Below the pieces are notes generated by a model, which saw only the letters and a list, made by a program, of their open reading frames with translations, was not told where the DNA came from and made no database searches. Below, piece after piece: positions 29,094-38,257 of a stretch of DNA of 64,000 bases. The translations under genes were made by a program, and so were the position numbers. How positions within the stretch are numbered: the stretch's first letter is position 1; every line of letters starts with the position of its first letter. The stretch is from Candidatus Omnitrophota bacterium (GTDB taxonomy: Bacteria; Omnitrophota; Gorgyraeia; Gygaellales; Profunditerraquicolaceae): assembly GCA_025453395.1 (NCBI GenBank), contig JALOQK010000002.1, positions 410,509 through 474,508 of the forward strand, read 5' to 3'.

Positions 29094-31421
29094 ATGAAAA
29101 ACCGAGCAACTCTCTTTTATCTGCTAAGTATTTTCATAATTACAATTGCACCTTTTGCCGTTATTCTCTCTGGGAAACCTGATTTTGTTATTGGCATAGC
29201 TAATCATGATGTAGCTGAATTAGAGATCCCCTTACGCAGCCTGCAATTTAGCTACCTCTTAAAAGGCATTATCACGCAATGGAACCCCTATTTATTTTCT
29301 GGCATCCCAGCTGCTGTAGACTGCGCCTTCTACCCACTTAATATAGTACATCTTTTTTTAAATATCCCCACAGCCATAAACCTGTTAATAATGGCCCATT
29401 TATTTCTTGGGGCCTTATTTATGTTTTTCTTCCTTAAGAAAATCACAAAGGAAGACTTCTCTGCTTTTATTGGGGCGCTTATTTTCTCACTTTCCTCTAT
29501 TTTCATTACCCGCATCTTTGCTGGCCACTTATCAGTACTTATCAATTTAGCATGGTTACCCTGTTTATTTTTATTAACCGAGAAATCAATCACAAATAGA
29601 AAAGCTATTTATTATTTACTGTTGACATTGGTATGGGCAATAAGTATTATTGGAGGACATATACAATTTAGCTTTATAACCGCTTTTGGAATTTTTATCT
29701 ACACAATCAACCTGCTTATTAAAGAAAAAACGTCCGGAAAACTTAATGCGCTCTTAAGAGTATTTCTCATACCACTTGCGTTTGGAATAGGAATTGCTGC
29801 TTTTAAAATATTTCTTCTTAAAGAGCAATCAACTGACTCCCTGCGAATAGATAACAACTTGTGGAATTTTTCTTTCAGTATGCCTCCAGAGAATATCGCC
29901 GGCCTGTTTTCTCCGGGGTTCTTTGGCTGGCCCCAAGAAATATACTGGGGCAAATGGAATCCATGGGAAAGCTCTATATATATAGGTATGCTTCCTCTTT
30001 TTCTTACTTTCTTTGCCTTTGCTAATAAAGATAGGCATGCCCGAATTATGGGTATTATCTCTATTGTATCCCTGATATTAGCCATGGGGCCGTATTTGCC
30101 TTTTTACTCCAAGATATTTAAATACCTTTTAGGTGTAAACATATTCCGCTCACAAGGAAGATTCCTTTGTTTAACCGCGTTCTCATTATCCACTTTAGCA
30201 TCCATTGGATGTAAAAAACTTCTTGAGACACCTGAAGATTCGGTACACAAAGTAAAAACTAAGCTTTATATTATCTTTATCGCCATGGTTGCGATTATTT
30301 CTTTTTTCCTTGTCATAAGTTTAAAATACACATCATGGCATGAGATGTGGAGAATATTAAATACTTACGAGAAACTCTCCAGCGCCTTTAGCGATAACAT
30401 CCACTGCTTTTTCAATTTTATCTGGGGCAGAGACATTTTTCAGGAAAGTCTAACCCGAAGCGTTATATTAAGTATACTATCGTTGAGTGCGATAATTCTT
30501 CTCTTACGCAAAAGCGTACCAAGATACTTTACAAAAACCCTTTTTAGTATTCTTATTCTTGTTGATCTGTTAGCTTTTTCCTCTAAATATTACAAAGTTT
30601 TCTCTTACCGAGATTTACGCGCTCCACAAGAAGCGTTTAATTTCTTAAAGAAGAATACCGGACAGAACCGGATATTAGTTCTAGACGGAATAAATCTTAA
30701 TTCCGGCATGCTTAGCAATATACCCAGCATGGGGGGATATTACACTCTTCTTCCCAAGCACTATAACCGCTTTATTAATTTTACTCAAAATCAGGATTTA
30801 GATTCACCTCTTGCTCTAGACAATATCCAAAAGTTTCCACCTCTTTTTGCTCTTGTCAACCTTAAATACATCATAAGCTCTAAACCGGATTTAAAAGGAT
30901 TGACTAAAACTTACTCATCGGGTCCGTTAAACATATTTGAGACAAATTATAAACTACCTAAGGCATTTATCGCGCATAAAGCAATTGTCAAAGATACTAC
31001 AGAAGAGATCTTAAACGCGCTTAATACTACCGGGTTTAATTTTAGAGAAACGGTGATCATAGAAAAAACTATTCCCGAAATGAATACGCTAAAGGAAAGC
31101 CTCTCCCCTGAAACGCTTCCAGAAATTGTTTCTTACGATGCGGATAAAATCATTATAAAGGCAAGCCTCCATGAACCGGGAATTCTTGTTTTATGCGACA
31201 ACTATAACCCAAACTGGCAAGCTCAAGTAAACGGTATTCCCGCTAAAGTATTCCCAGTAGATTACATTTTGCGCGCGGTTTTCCTCCCAAAAGGAGAACA
31301 TACGGTCATTTTTACATATAAACCATTGTCTTTTAGAATCGGAATATCTATTTCTGCTCTATTCTTAATAATCTGGATTATTACCTTAGCAAGGATTATT
31401 TTATGCGAAAAAAAGCATTAA
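29094..31421 (+). CDS. YfhO-family polytopic membrane glycosyltransferase (GT-C fold)
   Basis: 775 aa with many TM helices. The WNPYLFSGIPAAVDCAFYPLN motif matches the conserved YfhO signature (WNPY.FGG.P..A.PQ...YPLN). A large C-terminal extracytoplasmic domain follows. Confidence 0.65.
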   Translation: MKNRATLFYLLSIFIITIAPFAVILSGKPDFVIGIANHDVAELEIPLRSLQFSYLLKGIITQWNPYLFSGIPAAVDCAFYPLNIVHLFLNIPTAINLLIMAHLFLGALFMFFFLKKITKEDFSAFIGALIFSLSSIFITRIFAGHLSVLINLAWLPCLFLLTEKSITNRKAIYYLLLTLVWAISIIGGHIQFSFITAFGIFIYTINLLIKEKTSGKLNALLRVFLIPLAFGIGIAAFKIFLLKEQSTDSLRIDNNLWNFSFSMPPENIAGLFSPGFFGWPQEIYWGKWNPWESSIYIGMLPLFLTFFAFANKDRHARIMGIISIVSLILAMGPYLPFYSKIFKYLLGVNIFRSQGRFLCLTAFSLSTLASIGCKKLLETPEDSVHKVKTKLYIIFIAMVAIISFFLVISLKYTSWHEMWRILNTYEKLSSAFSDNIHCFFNFIWGRDIFQESLTRSVILSILSLSAIILLLRKSVPRYFTKTLFSILILVDLLAFSSKYYKVFSYRDLRAPQEAFNFLKKNTGQNRILVLDGINLNSGMLSNIPSMGGYYTLLPKHYNRFINFTQNQDLDSPLALDNIQKFPPLFALVNLKYIISSKPDLKGLTKTYSSGPLNIFETNYKLPKAFIAHKAIVKDTTEEILNALNTTGFNFRETVIIEKTIPEMNTLKESLSPETLPEIVSYDADKIIIKASLHEPGILVLCDNYNPNWQAQVNGIPAKVFPVDYILRAVFLPKGEHTVIFTYKPLSFRIGISISALFLIIWIITLARIILCEKKH

Positions 31422-33175
31422 TATTTATTATTATACTCTGCGCTGTTTTACCATATCTAAACACTTTAAATGCCAACTTTGTCTGGGATGACGAAGTACA
31501 ACTTGTGCAAAACCCATACATGCAATCTTTTAAATACTTAAAAGATTTCTTTACGCATGATTTTTGGCACGTAGGCATTAACAAACTAGACACCGCTTAC
31601 TACCGGCCGCTTTTTGCCGCCAATCTTATGAGTCAATACGTTCTCTGGGGCAAAAATCCCTTTGGGTACCACCTAATCAACATCCTTTTACATTGCCTAA
31701 TAACCTTGTTAATTTTCAAAATCTTACTTTTGTTAACATCCGACGAAATAATATCTTTTACCGCAAGCCTTATTTTTGCTGTCCATCCAATTCACACAGA
31801 ATCTGTTTCTTTTATAGCTGCAATTGTGGACCTGCAGACTTTTATTTTCATGCTTCTTACTTTCCTCTGTTATATTCTATACCAAAGAAACAGCCGTAAA
31901 ATATTACTTGTGACTGGAGCTGTTTCTTTTGTTGCCGGGCTATTAACCAAAGAAATGGCTGTGATAACACCGTTTCTTATTCTCATAAAGGATGTTTTTA
32001 TCCCGAAAGAAAACAACAAAAAACAAAACATTGTAGCGTATTTTATCTTCTTCTTGATACTCGCAGCATATTTAATGTTTCGCGTTCATCTTTTTGGCAT
32101 AAAACCAAACGATGGGAATCTAGTGTCTTCAAATTTTATCCCCGGGAATACCCCCTATTGGAGATTTCTTACTGTACCTGCGATTATCGCCCGTTACATA
32201 GGGCTTCTTTTTATCCCATACAACATGACTGCAGATTATTTATTTAAAGCCAATAACTCTATTTGGAATATCTATGTTATCTCGGGAATGCTTATTATTT
32301 TACTTTGCATATTCGTAATTATTTTTTTGCGTAAGAAACAGGCGCTGTTATCATTTGCCATCGCATGGTTTGCATTAACCATCCTGCCGGTAAGTAATAT
32401 TTTCCCCCAGGGAAATATCTTTGCAGAGCGTTTCCTCTATATCCCATCACTTGGATTTTGCATCCTAATGGCAGTTGTTTTCTCTTATTTTCCAAAGAGG
32501 CCTCTGGTAACCTGTTTGTTTTACTGCTGGATAATAAGTATGGGCCGCTTAACATGGGAAAGAAATATCGTTTGGAAAAATGATTTAAATTTGTGGATAG
32601 ATACTGTTTCCAAAGTACCCAATAGCCCCAGGGCACATCTAAATCTTGCCGAACAATATTTTCTATATGGAAAAACAAATGAAGCAATATTAGAATTGGA
32701 TACTGCAATAAAGATTTTACCTAATTATAAACAAGCCTATAACGGCTTAGGCCTTGTATTGTATAAGACAGGCGATATAAATGCAGCTATTGCTGCCTAC
32801 CAAAAAGCCATAGCTATTGATCCTAAATATAACGAAGCCTACAACAATATGGCGGCGGCATTAATCGAAAATAAACAATACAAAGAAGCTATAAACGCCC
32901 TAGAAATTGCCATAAACTATAATCCCTATTTAACTTTTGCTTATTACAATCTGGGACAAGCATATGACAAATTAGGAATACCGGATAAGGCAATTGCTGC
33001 TTACGAAAAGTTTATTGCAATAAAGCCTGAATACGCAGTAATATATGCGGATATGGGCAGGCTTTATTACCAAGAAGGCAATACTAAAAAAGCTAAAGAA
33101 TGCTGCCTTAAAGCGCTTGAGCTTGCTCCGGGACACATGCCAGCGCAAGAAATAATAGATAAAATCAGGGATTAG
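31403..33175 (+). CDS. TMTC-like GT-C glycosyltransferase with C-terminal TPR repeats (protein O-mannosyltransferase-like)
   Basis: FVWDDE acidic motif in the first extracytoplasmic loop and ~11 TM helices. At least 5 C-terminal TPR units follow ([32 protein letters not shown]...). Confidence 0.6.
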   Translation: MRKKALIFIIILCAVLPYLNTLNANFVWDDEVQLVQNPYMQSFKYLKDFFTHDFWHVGINKLDTAYYRPLFAANLMSQYVLWGKNPFGYHLINILLHCLITLLIFKILLLLTSDEIISFTASLIFAVHPIHTESVSFIAAIVDLQTFIFMLLTFLCYILYQRNSRKILLVTGAVSFVAGLLTKEMAVITPFLILIKDVFIPKENNKKQNIVAYFIFFLILAAYLMFRVHLFGIKPNDGNLVSSNFIPGNTPYWRFLTVPAIIARYIGLLFIPYNMTADYLFKANNSIWNIYVISGMLIILLCIFVIIFLRKKQALLSFAIAWFALTILPVSNIFPQGNIFAERFLYIPSLGFCILMAVVFSYFPKRPLVTCLFYCWIISMGRLTWERNIVWKNDLNLWIDTVSKVPNSPRAHLNLAEQYFLYGKTNEAILELDTAIKILPNYKQAYNGLGLVLYKTGDINAAIAAYQKAIAIDPKYNEAYNNMAAALIENKQYKEAINALEIAINYNPYLTFAYYNLGQAYDKLGIPDKAIAAYEKFIAIKPEYAVIYADMGRLYYQEGNTKKAKECCLKALELAPGHMPAQEIIDKIRD

Positions 33176-34103
33176 ACTGAAACCAGTGGATGGTTGTTTC
33201 CAAGCCTTCTTGGAGTTTGATTTTTGGCTGCCAACCAAGCAGGCGCCTGGCGCGGGAGATATCGGGTTTTCTTTGTTTGGGGTCATCTTGGGGAAGCGGC
33301 TTATAGATAATCTTGCTTTTAGAATTGGTAATCTTAAGGACCAAATCCGCCAATTCCATAATAGTAAACTCTCCGGGATTGCCTAAATTAACCGGGTCAT
33401 GGAACTTTTTCCCCATTAGGCGGACAATCCCATCCACCAAATCCGAAACATAACAGAAACTGCGGGTTTGCGCGCCCTTTCCATACACAGTCAAAGGTTT
33501 ATTATTCAACGCCTGATAAATAAAATTCGGGACCACCCTGCCATCATTAATTCTCATAAATTCGCCGTAGGTATTGAAAATACGAATTATCCTTGTATCT
33601 ACTTTGTGCGTTCTGTGGTAAGCCATAGTCATTGCTTCGGCAAAACGTTTTGCCTCATCATAGCATCCGCGGATGCCCACGCTATTTACATTTCCCCAGT
33701 AACTTTCCGGTTGAGGATGGACTAATGGATCCCCGTAAACTTCAGAAGTAGATGCCAATAAGAATCCGGCTTTGTTTTTCATCGCCACGCCTAAAGCATT
33801 ATGCGTGCCTAAAGCTCCGGCCTTTAAGGTCTGTATGGGGTGTTTTAGATAATCATCGGGAGATGCGCAAGAAGCAAAATGCAGGACAAAATCCACCTTT
33901 TCCTTTATAGATATGTACTTACTAACATCATGTTTTACAAAACAAAAATGTTTATTTTTGATAATCCCCTCTATATTATCCAAGGAACCGGTAATTAAAT
34001 TATCCATACAAATAACCTGCCAACCGTCTTTAAGCAAACGGTCGCATAAATGCGAGCCGATAAACCCCGCTCCGCCAGTAACAAGAACTTTAGAATAACG
34101 CAT
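33165..34103 (-). CDS. uxs: UDP-glucuronate decarboxylase (UDP-xylose synthase)
   Basis: [13 protein letters not shown]...[34 protein letters not shown] is a near-canonical UXS signature. Confidence 0.85.
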   Translation of the reverse strand: MRYSKVLVTGGAGFIGSHLCDRLLKDGWQVICMDNLITGSLDNIEGIIKNKHFCFVKHDVSKYISIKEKVDFVLHFASCASPDDYLKHPIQTLKAGALGTHNALGVAMKNKAGFLLASTSEVYGDPLVHPQPESYWGNVNSVGIRGCYDEAKRFAEAMTMAYHRTHKVDTRIIRIFNTYGEFMRINDGRVVPNFIYQALNNKPLTVYGKGAQTRSFCYVSDLVDGIVRLMGKKFHDPVNLGNPGEFTIMELADLVLKITNSKSKIIYKPLPQDDPKQRKPDISRARRLLGWQPKIKLQEGLETTIHWFQSNP

Positions 34104-34495
34104 TTTCAGCTATCAGCTTTCAGCTATCAGCTTTCAGCAAAGCTTTAATCTCTTTATGAAACCATAAAGCATTGCCGAAAGCTCATCGCATTGTGAACTT
34201 CTCATAAGAAGAACGTAAAGCAATATTAAGAAACCTTTTAAACTCTAAATCAGAACCTGAACCACTGCCTTCAGCTATATTAAGCGCTATTGACACGGCC
34301 GCTCTTCTAACTTGAGAAGTCAAACCATAACATTCTGATTGCGGGAATTTACTGGTTTTTAAATACACCCGTTCAATAAAATCCATTGCCTTAGACCATA
34401 CTTGTAGCTTTTTAAACTTTTGTATTTCCATTTTTATTATTGTCTTTGTTTTTAGCTGACGGCTGAAGGCTGACGGCTGATAGCTGAAAATATTC
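34104..34495. mobile_element. Palindromic cassette element, copy B (~95% identical to 1682-2078). Heptamer TIRs flank a four-helix-bundle gene.
   Basis: Left arm ~34104-34137 and right arm ~34450-34490. The right arm is read through by the upstream epimerase ORF. Confidence 0.65.
34183..34431 (-). CDS. Four-helix-bundle protein (23S rRNA IVS protein / Avd-like family), copy B
   Basis: 82 aa, 75 of 82 residues identical to the 1761-2009 product. Confidence 0.75.
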   Translation of the reverse strand: MEIQKFKKLQVWSKAMDFIERVYLKTSKFPQSECYGLTSQVRRAAVSIALNIAEGSGSGSDLEFKRFLNIALRSSYEKFTMR

Positions 34496-35425
34496 TACCG
34501 TTATTTTTAACCCCTCCGTGAAATTGACTTGCGGCTTAAAACCCAGTAACTTCTTGCTCAATGTCAAATCTGCTTTAGTGCGAAAAACATCGCCTTGGCG
34601 TTTGGGCAAAAATACAGGTTTTATCTTTTTGCCAAGTATTTTATTAAGAATACTGGCTAACTCTAAAACAGAATAATCCCTGCCCCCTGCCACATTAAAA
34701 ACTCCGGATTTAACTTTCCCCTTTAAGGCGCAACTTGCGGCCAATAAATTAGCTTGGACCGCATTGGCCACAAAAGTAAAATCCCGCGATTGCCTGCCGG
34801 TGCCATAAATTGGCATAGCGTTATCACGCAAAAGACAGTCAATGAATTTTGGCACTACTACCGCGTATTCATCATCAAGCGACTGCCGGGGCCCAAAAAC
34901 ATTAAAATAGCGTAAAGATACCGCCGGCACCCCATAATGCAAACTAAAAATCTTGCAATAATATTCCCCTGCAAGCTTACTTAATGCATAAGGCGAAATA
35001 GGCCCGGGGAAAAAAGATTCCTTCTCTGGAAACTTGCTGACATCGCCATACACAGAGCTTGAAGAGGCAAAAACAAACGCTTTCACGTTGTTTTCCCGTG
35101 AAGCCTCTAACATATTAAGAATCCCGCCTATATTTACCTTATTATACACATCAGGATTCTTCATGGACTTAGGCACGCTTCTCAAAGCCGCCTGATGAAA
35201 AACCACATCTACCCCTGAAACAGCCTTGCGGCAGGTATCTCTATCGCAAATATCGCCTTTTATTATCTTAACTTTACCGGATACCCCGGACAAATTATCA
35301 AGCTTGCCGCTTGAGAAATTATCCAAAACCCGCACTTGGCAATTATTTTTTACAAGCGCATCAACAATGTGCGAGCCGATAAACCCGGCGCCACCAGTAA
35401 CCAGTACTTTCTTATTAAAAAACAT
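34412..35425 (-). CDS. NAD-dependent epimerase/dehydratase, UDP-GlcNAc/UDP-Glc 4-epimerase family (WbpP/GalE-like)
   Basis: [26 protein letters not shown] and SSSSVYGD motifs. The last ~24 codons (QLSAVSLQPSAKNKDNNKNGNTKV) are encoded by the repeat arm, so the native C-terminus is probably shorter. Confidence 0.75.
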   Translation of the reverse strand: MFFNKKVLVTGGAGFIGSHIVDALVKNNCQVRVLDNFSSGKLDNLSGVSGKVKIIKGDICDRDTCRKAVSGVDVVFHQAALRSVPKSMKNPDVYNKVNIGGILNMLEASRENNVKAFVFASSSSVYGDVSKFPEKESFFPGPISPYALSKLAGEYYCKIFSLHYGVPAVSLRYFNVFGPRQSLDDEYAVVVPKFIDCLLRDNAMPIYGTGRQSRDFTFVANAVQANLLAASCALKGKVKSGVFNVAGGRDYSVLELASILNKILGKKIKPVFLPKRQGDVFRTKADLTLSKKLLGFKPQVNFTEGLKITVEYFQLSAVSLQPSAKNKDNNKNGNTKV

Positions 35426-35640
35426 TTAGAAAATATCCTTTTATTATCAAATAACCAAACACCAAATCTCAAACACCAAACAAATCCCAATAATCAATTA
35501 CCAATTTACCAAACAAGTTTGGTTTTTGGTGTTTGGTTTTTGGTTATTATTTGGTTATTTAACATTTGGTTATTGGTTATTTCCTACTTTTACCTTGTAA
35601 TTTTTACTTTTGCCTTTTTACTTTTGACTTTTTACTTTCT
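35426..35640. repeat. Long strand-skewed imperfect palindrome (CA-rich arm / TG-rich arm, ccaaacacc units) followed by ttttacttttg direct repeats
   Basis: accaaacaccaaatctcaaacaccaaac...tttggtttttggtgtttggtttttgg forms an inverted repeat of ~60 nt arms. It ends in tttttacttttgcctttttacttttgactttttacttt. Confidence 0.6.
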
Positions 35641-36940
35641 ATAGCCTCTCTACCTTATCACTCTTCACGCCCTTATACACATTTCGCGCGTCAAAAATAA
35701 AACGGCTGTTTTCCAGCAAGAATTTATAATCAACATTGGAATGATCAGTGCCAATGATAACGCAATCAAAACTAGATAAATTACTCTTGGTTAATTCTAT
35801 AGACTTAAGGTCAATATTATTGACTTTTAAATACGGGATCAGGGGATCATAATAAGAAACTTTGGCTTTATGTTTCTTAAGGCTATCTATAATATCCAAG
35901 GACGGAGACTTACGCAGGTCCTTTATATCTTTTTTATAAGTAACGCCTACAACTAAAATATTCGCCTTCCCAATATTAACACCTTTAACCTTTAAACTAT
36001 GCCCCGCGCGGCTAACCACATAATCAGGCATATTAGAGGTTACATCCGACGCTAATTTAATGAACCGCGAGCTAAAACCGTGGTGCTTAGCTTTCCAATA
36101 CAAATATAACGGATCCTTCCCAATACAATGTCCGCCCACCCCCGGCCCCGGATAAAAAGGCATAAATCCAAAAGGCTTGGTGGACGCCGCCTCCACAATC
36201 TCCCAGATATCCATCTTCATCTTATGCGCCATCATGGCGATTTCATCAATTAAGCCGATATTGATCAGGCGAAAAGTATTTTCTAAAAGCTTTACGGTCT
36301 CTGCCACGCGCGCGGAAGAAACCGGAACAACCTGCTCAATAATATTGGAGTAAACAAGCTGGCCCATTTTAGTTGCGGTATCGCTTAAGCCGCCTATGAC
36401 CTTAGGGATCTTGGGAAGCGGGTATTTAATGTTACCCGGGTCTATTCTTTCAGGAGAAAAACAAAGGAAGAAATCCCTATCATGCACAAGAGCCTGCTTA
36501 TTAAAAATAGGCAAAATCACCTCTTGCGTTGTCCCGGGATAAGTGGTACTTTCCAGAATAACTAAAGCCCCCTTCTTAATATTCTTTGAAATCTGGCCAA
36601 CCGCGCTTTTGATATAAGAAATATCCGGGGTATATTTATTTTTTAAGGGCGTTGGGACACAGATAAGTATTACATCCGCATCCTTAACTGCGGAGAAATT
36701 ATCATAACCATGAAAACGCCCGGTGCCTATGACGCTTTTTAATTCCTCTGTGGTAACATCCGTAATATAGGACCTTTTTTCTTTGATCCCGGCTAAGCGG
36801 TCCTTATCAAGCTCAACGCCAGAAACAAAAAATCCATTCTTGGCAAATTCAATTGCCAAAGGAAGCCCCACATAACCAAGCCCCACCACCGCGATTTTCG
36901 CTTCTTTTAAACTTAATCTCTTGGAAAATGAATCAAACAT
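35639..36940 (-). CDS. Nucleotide-sugar dehydrogenase (UDP-N-acetyl-D-mannosamine/glucosamine dehydrogenase family, WecC/WbpA-like)
   Basis: IAVVGLGYVGLPLA N-terminal NAD fold, 433 aa, placed next to ugd. Confidence 0.75.
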   Translation of the reverse strand: MFDSFSKRLSLKEAKIAVVGLGYVGLPLAIEFAKNGFFVSGVELDKDRLAGIKEKRSYITDVTTEELKSVIGTGRFHGYDNFSAVKDADVILICVPTPLKNKYTPDISYIKSAVGQISKNIKKGALVILESTTYPGTTQEVILPIFNKQALVHDRDFFLCFSPERIDPGNIKYPLPKIPKVIGGLSDTATKMGQLVYSNIIEQVVPVSSARVAETVKLLENTFRLINIGLIDEIAMMAHKMKMDIWEIVEAASTKPFGFMPFYPGPGVGGHCIGKDPLYLYWKAKHHGFSSRFIKLASDVTSNMPDYVVSRAGHSLKVKGVNIGKANILVVGVTYKKDIKDLRKSPSLDIIDSLKKHKAKVSYYDPLIPYLKVNNIDLKSIELTKSNLSSFDCVIIGTDHSNVDYKFLLENSRFIFDARNVYKGVKSDKVERL

Positions 36941-38237
36941 GCTTTCCTCTTCCTATGCCTATATATGAAAACCCATTCTGCTTGATTATCTGGGGATCAT
37001 AGATATTGCGCCCATCCACAATAAGCGGCCTTTTCATTATTTTTCTTATTCTCTTGAAATCAAGCTCTTTAAATTCCGGCCATTCAGTAGCTAAGATCAG
37101 GCAGTCGCTTGCCTTGGCTACAGAATAAATATCATCAACAAAAACCACGCCTTTTAATTGTTTACTCAAATGTTTTCTTCCCACGCACGGATCATATACT
37201 TTGATCTTGGCCCCTTCCAAAAGAAGCATCTTAATAATATCTACTGCCGGAGAATTACGGATGTCATCAGTATTCGGTTTAAATGATAAGCCTAAAACCC
37301 CGATATTTTTATCTTTGACAATCCATAGTTTCTGCTTTATTTTATCCAAAAAGAAATCTTTTTGAGTTATATTGATATTCTTTACCTCTCTTAAAAGAGC
37401 AAAATCATATCCCAGCTTTTCCGATATCCTTAAAAAAGCGTCAAGGTCCTTAGGAAAACATGACCCACCGTAGCCGATACCGGCGTTAAGAAATGCCTGG
37501 CCGATTCTTTTATCAAGGCCCATGCCTAAAGCAACTTCAGTAACATCTGCGCCTACTTTATCGCAGATACGCGAAATAGCATTAATAAAAGAAATCTTGG
37601 CAGCTAAAAATGAATTGGAAGCGTGCTTTATCAATTCCGCGGACTTTATATCCGTAACTACGATCGGGGCGTTTAACGGCTTATAAAGGCCAGATAAAAT
37701 GTTTTCCGCTTTCTTTGATTCTACGCCGATAACGATCCTATCCGGATGCATAAAATCATGGATCGCCTGCCCCTCTTTTAGAAACTCCGGGTTAGAAGCT
37801 ACGTCAAATTTTATCTTTTTGCGAACATAAGTTTGAATAGTGTGTTTTACCCACTGCCCAGTTTCCACAGGGACAGTTGACTTTTCAACTACTAATTTAT
37901 AACCATCCATATTGCGCGCGATATTTCTGGCCACATCTTCAATGCCGGTTAGGTCCGCTTCGCCATTTTCTAAAGAAGGCGTGCCTACCGCAAGAAATAT
38001 AACTTCGGAGCGCCTAACCGCGTCTTTTATGTTAGAGGTAAATACTAAACGTTTTTTACGCGCATTGGCCAAAATAAGCTCTTCTAACCCCGGCTCATAA
38101 ATAGGAATCTTGCCCTTTTTAAGCAAAGCTATCTTATGCGCGTTATTATCCGCGCAAATCACACAATTGCCTAATTCCGCGAAACACGCTCCGGTAACTA
38201 ACCCTACATAGCCTGAACCAATAATTGTTATATTCAT
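36933..38237 (-). CDS. ugd: UDP-glucose 6-dehydrogenase
   Basis: MNITIIGSGYVGLVTGACFAELGN start with a catalytic Cys region (GGSCFPKD). Confidence 0.85.
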   Translation of the reverse strand: MNITIIGSGYVGLVTGACFAELGNCVICADNNAHKIALLKKGKIPIYEPGLEELILANARKKRLVFTSNIKDAVRRSEVIFLAVGTPSLENGEADLTGIEDVARNIARNMDGYKLVVEKSTVPVETGQWVKHTIQTYVRKKIKFDVASNPEFLKEGQAIHDFMHPDRIVIGVESKKAENILSGLYKPLNAPIVVTDIKSAELIKHASNSFLAAKISFINAISRICDKVGADVTEVALGMGLDKRIGQAFLNAGIGYGGSCFPKDLDAFLRISEKLGYDFALLREVKNINITQKDFFLDKIKQKLWIVKDKNIGVLGLSFKPNTDDIRNSPAVDIIKMLLLEGAKIKVYDPCVGRKHLSKQLKGVVFVDDIYSVAKASDCLILATEWPEFKELDFKRIRKIMKRPLIVDGRNIYDPQIIKQNGFSYIGIGRGKHV

Positions 38238-38257
38238 ACCTTGCCTTCTCTAGCGAA

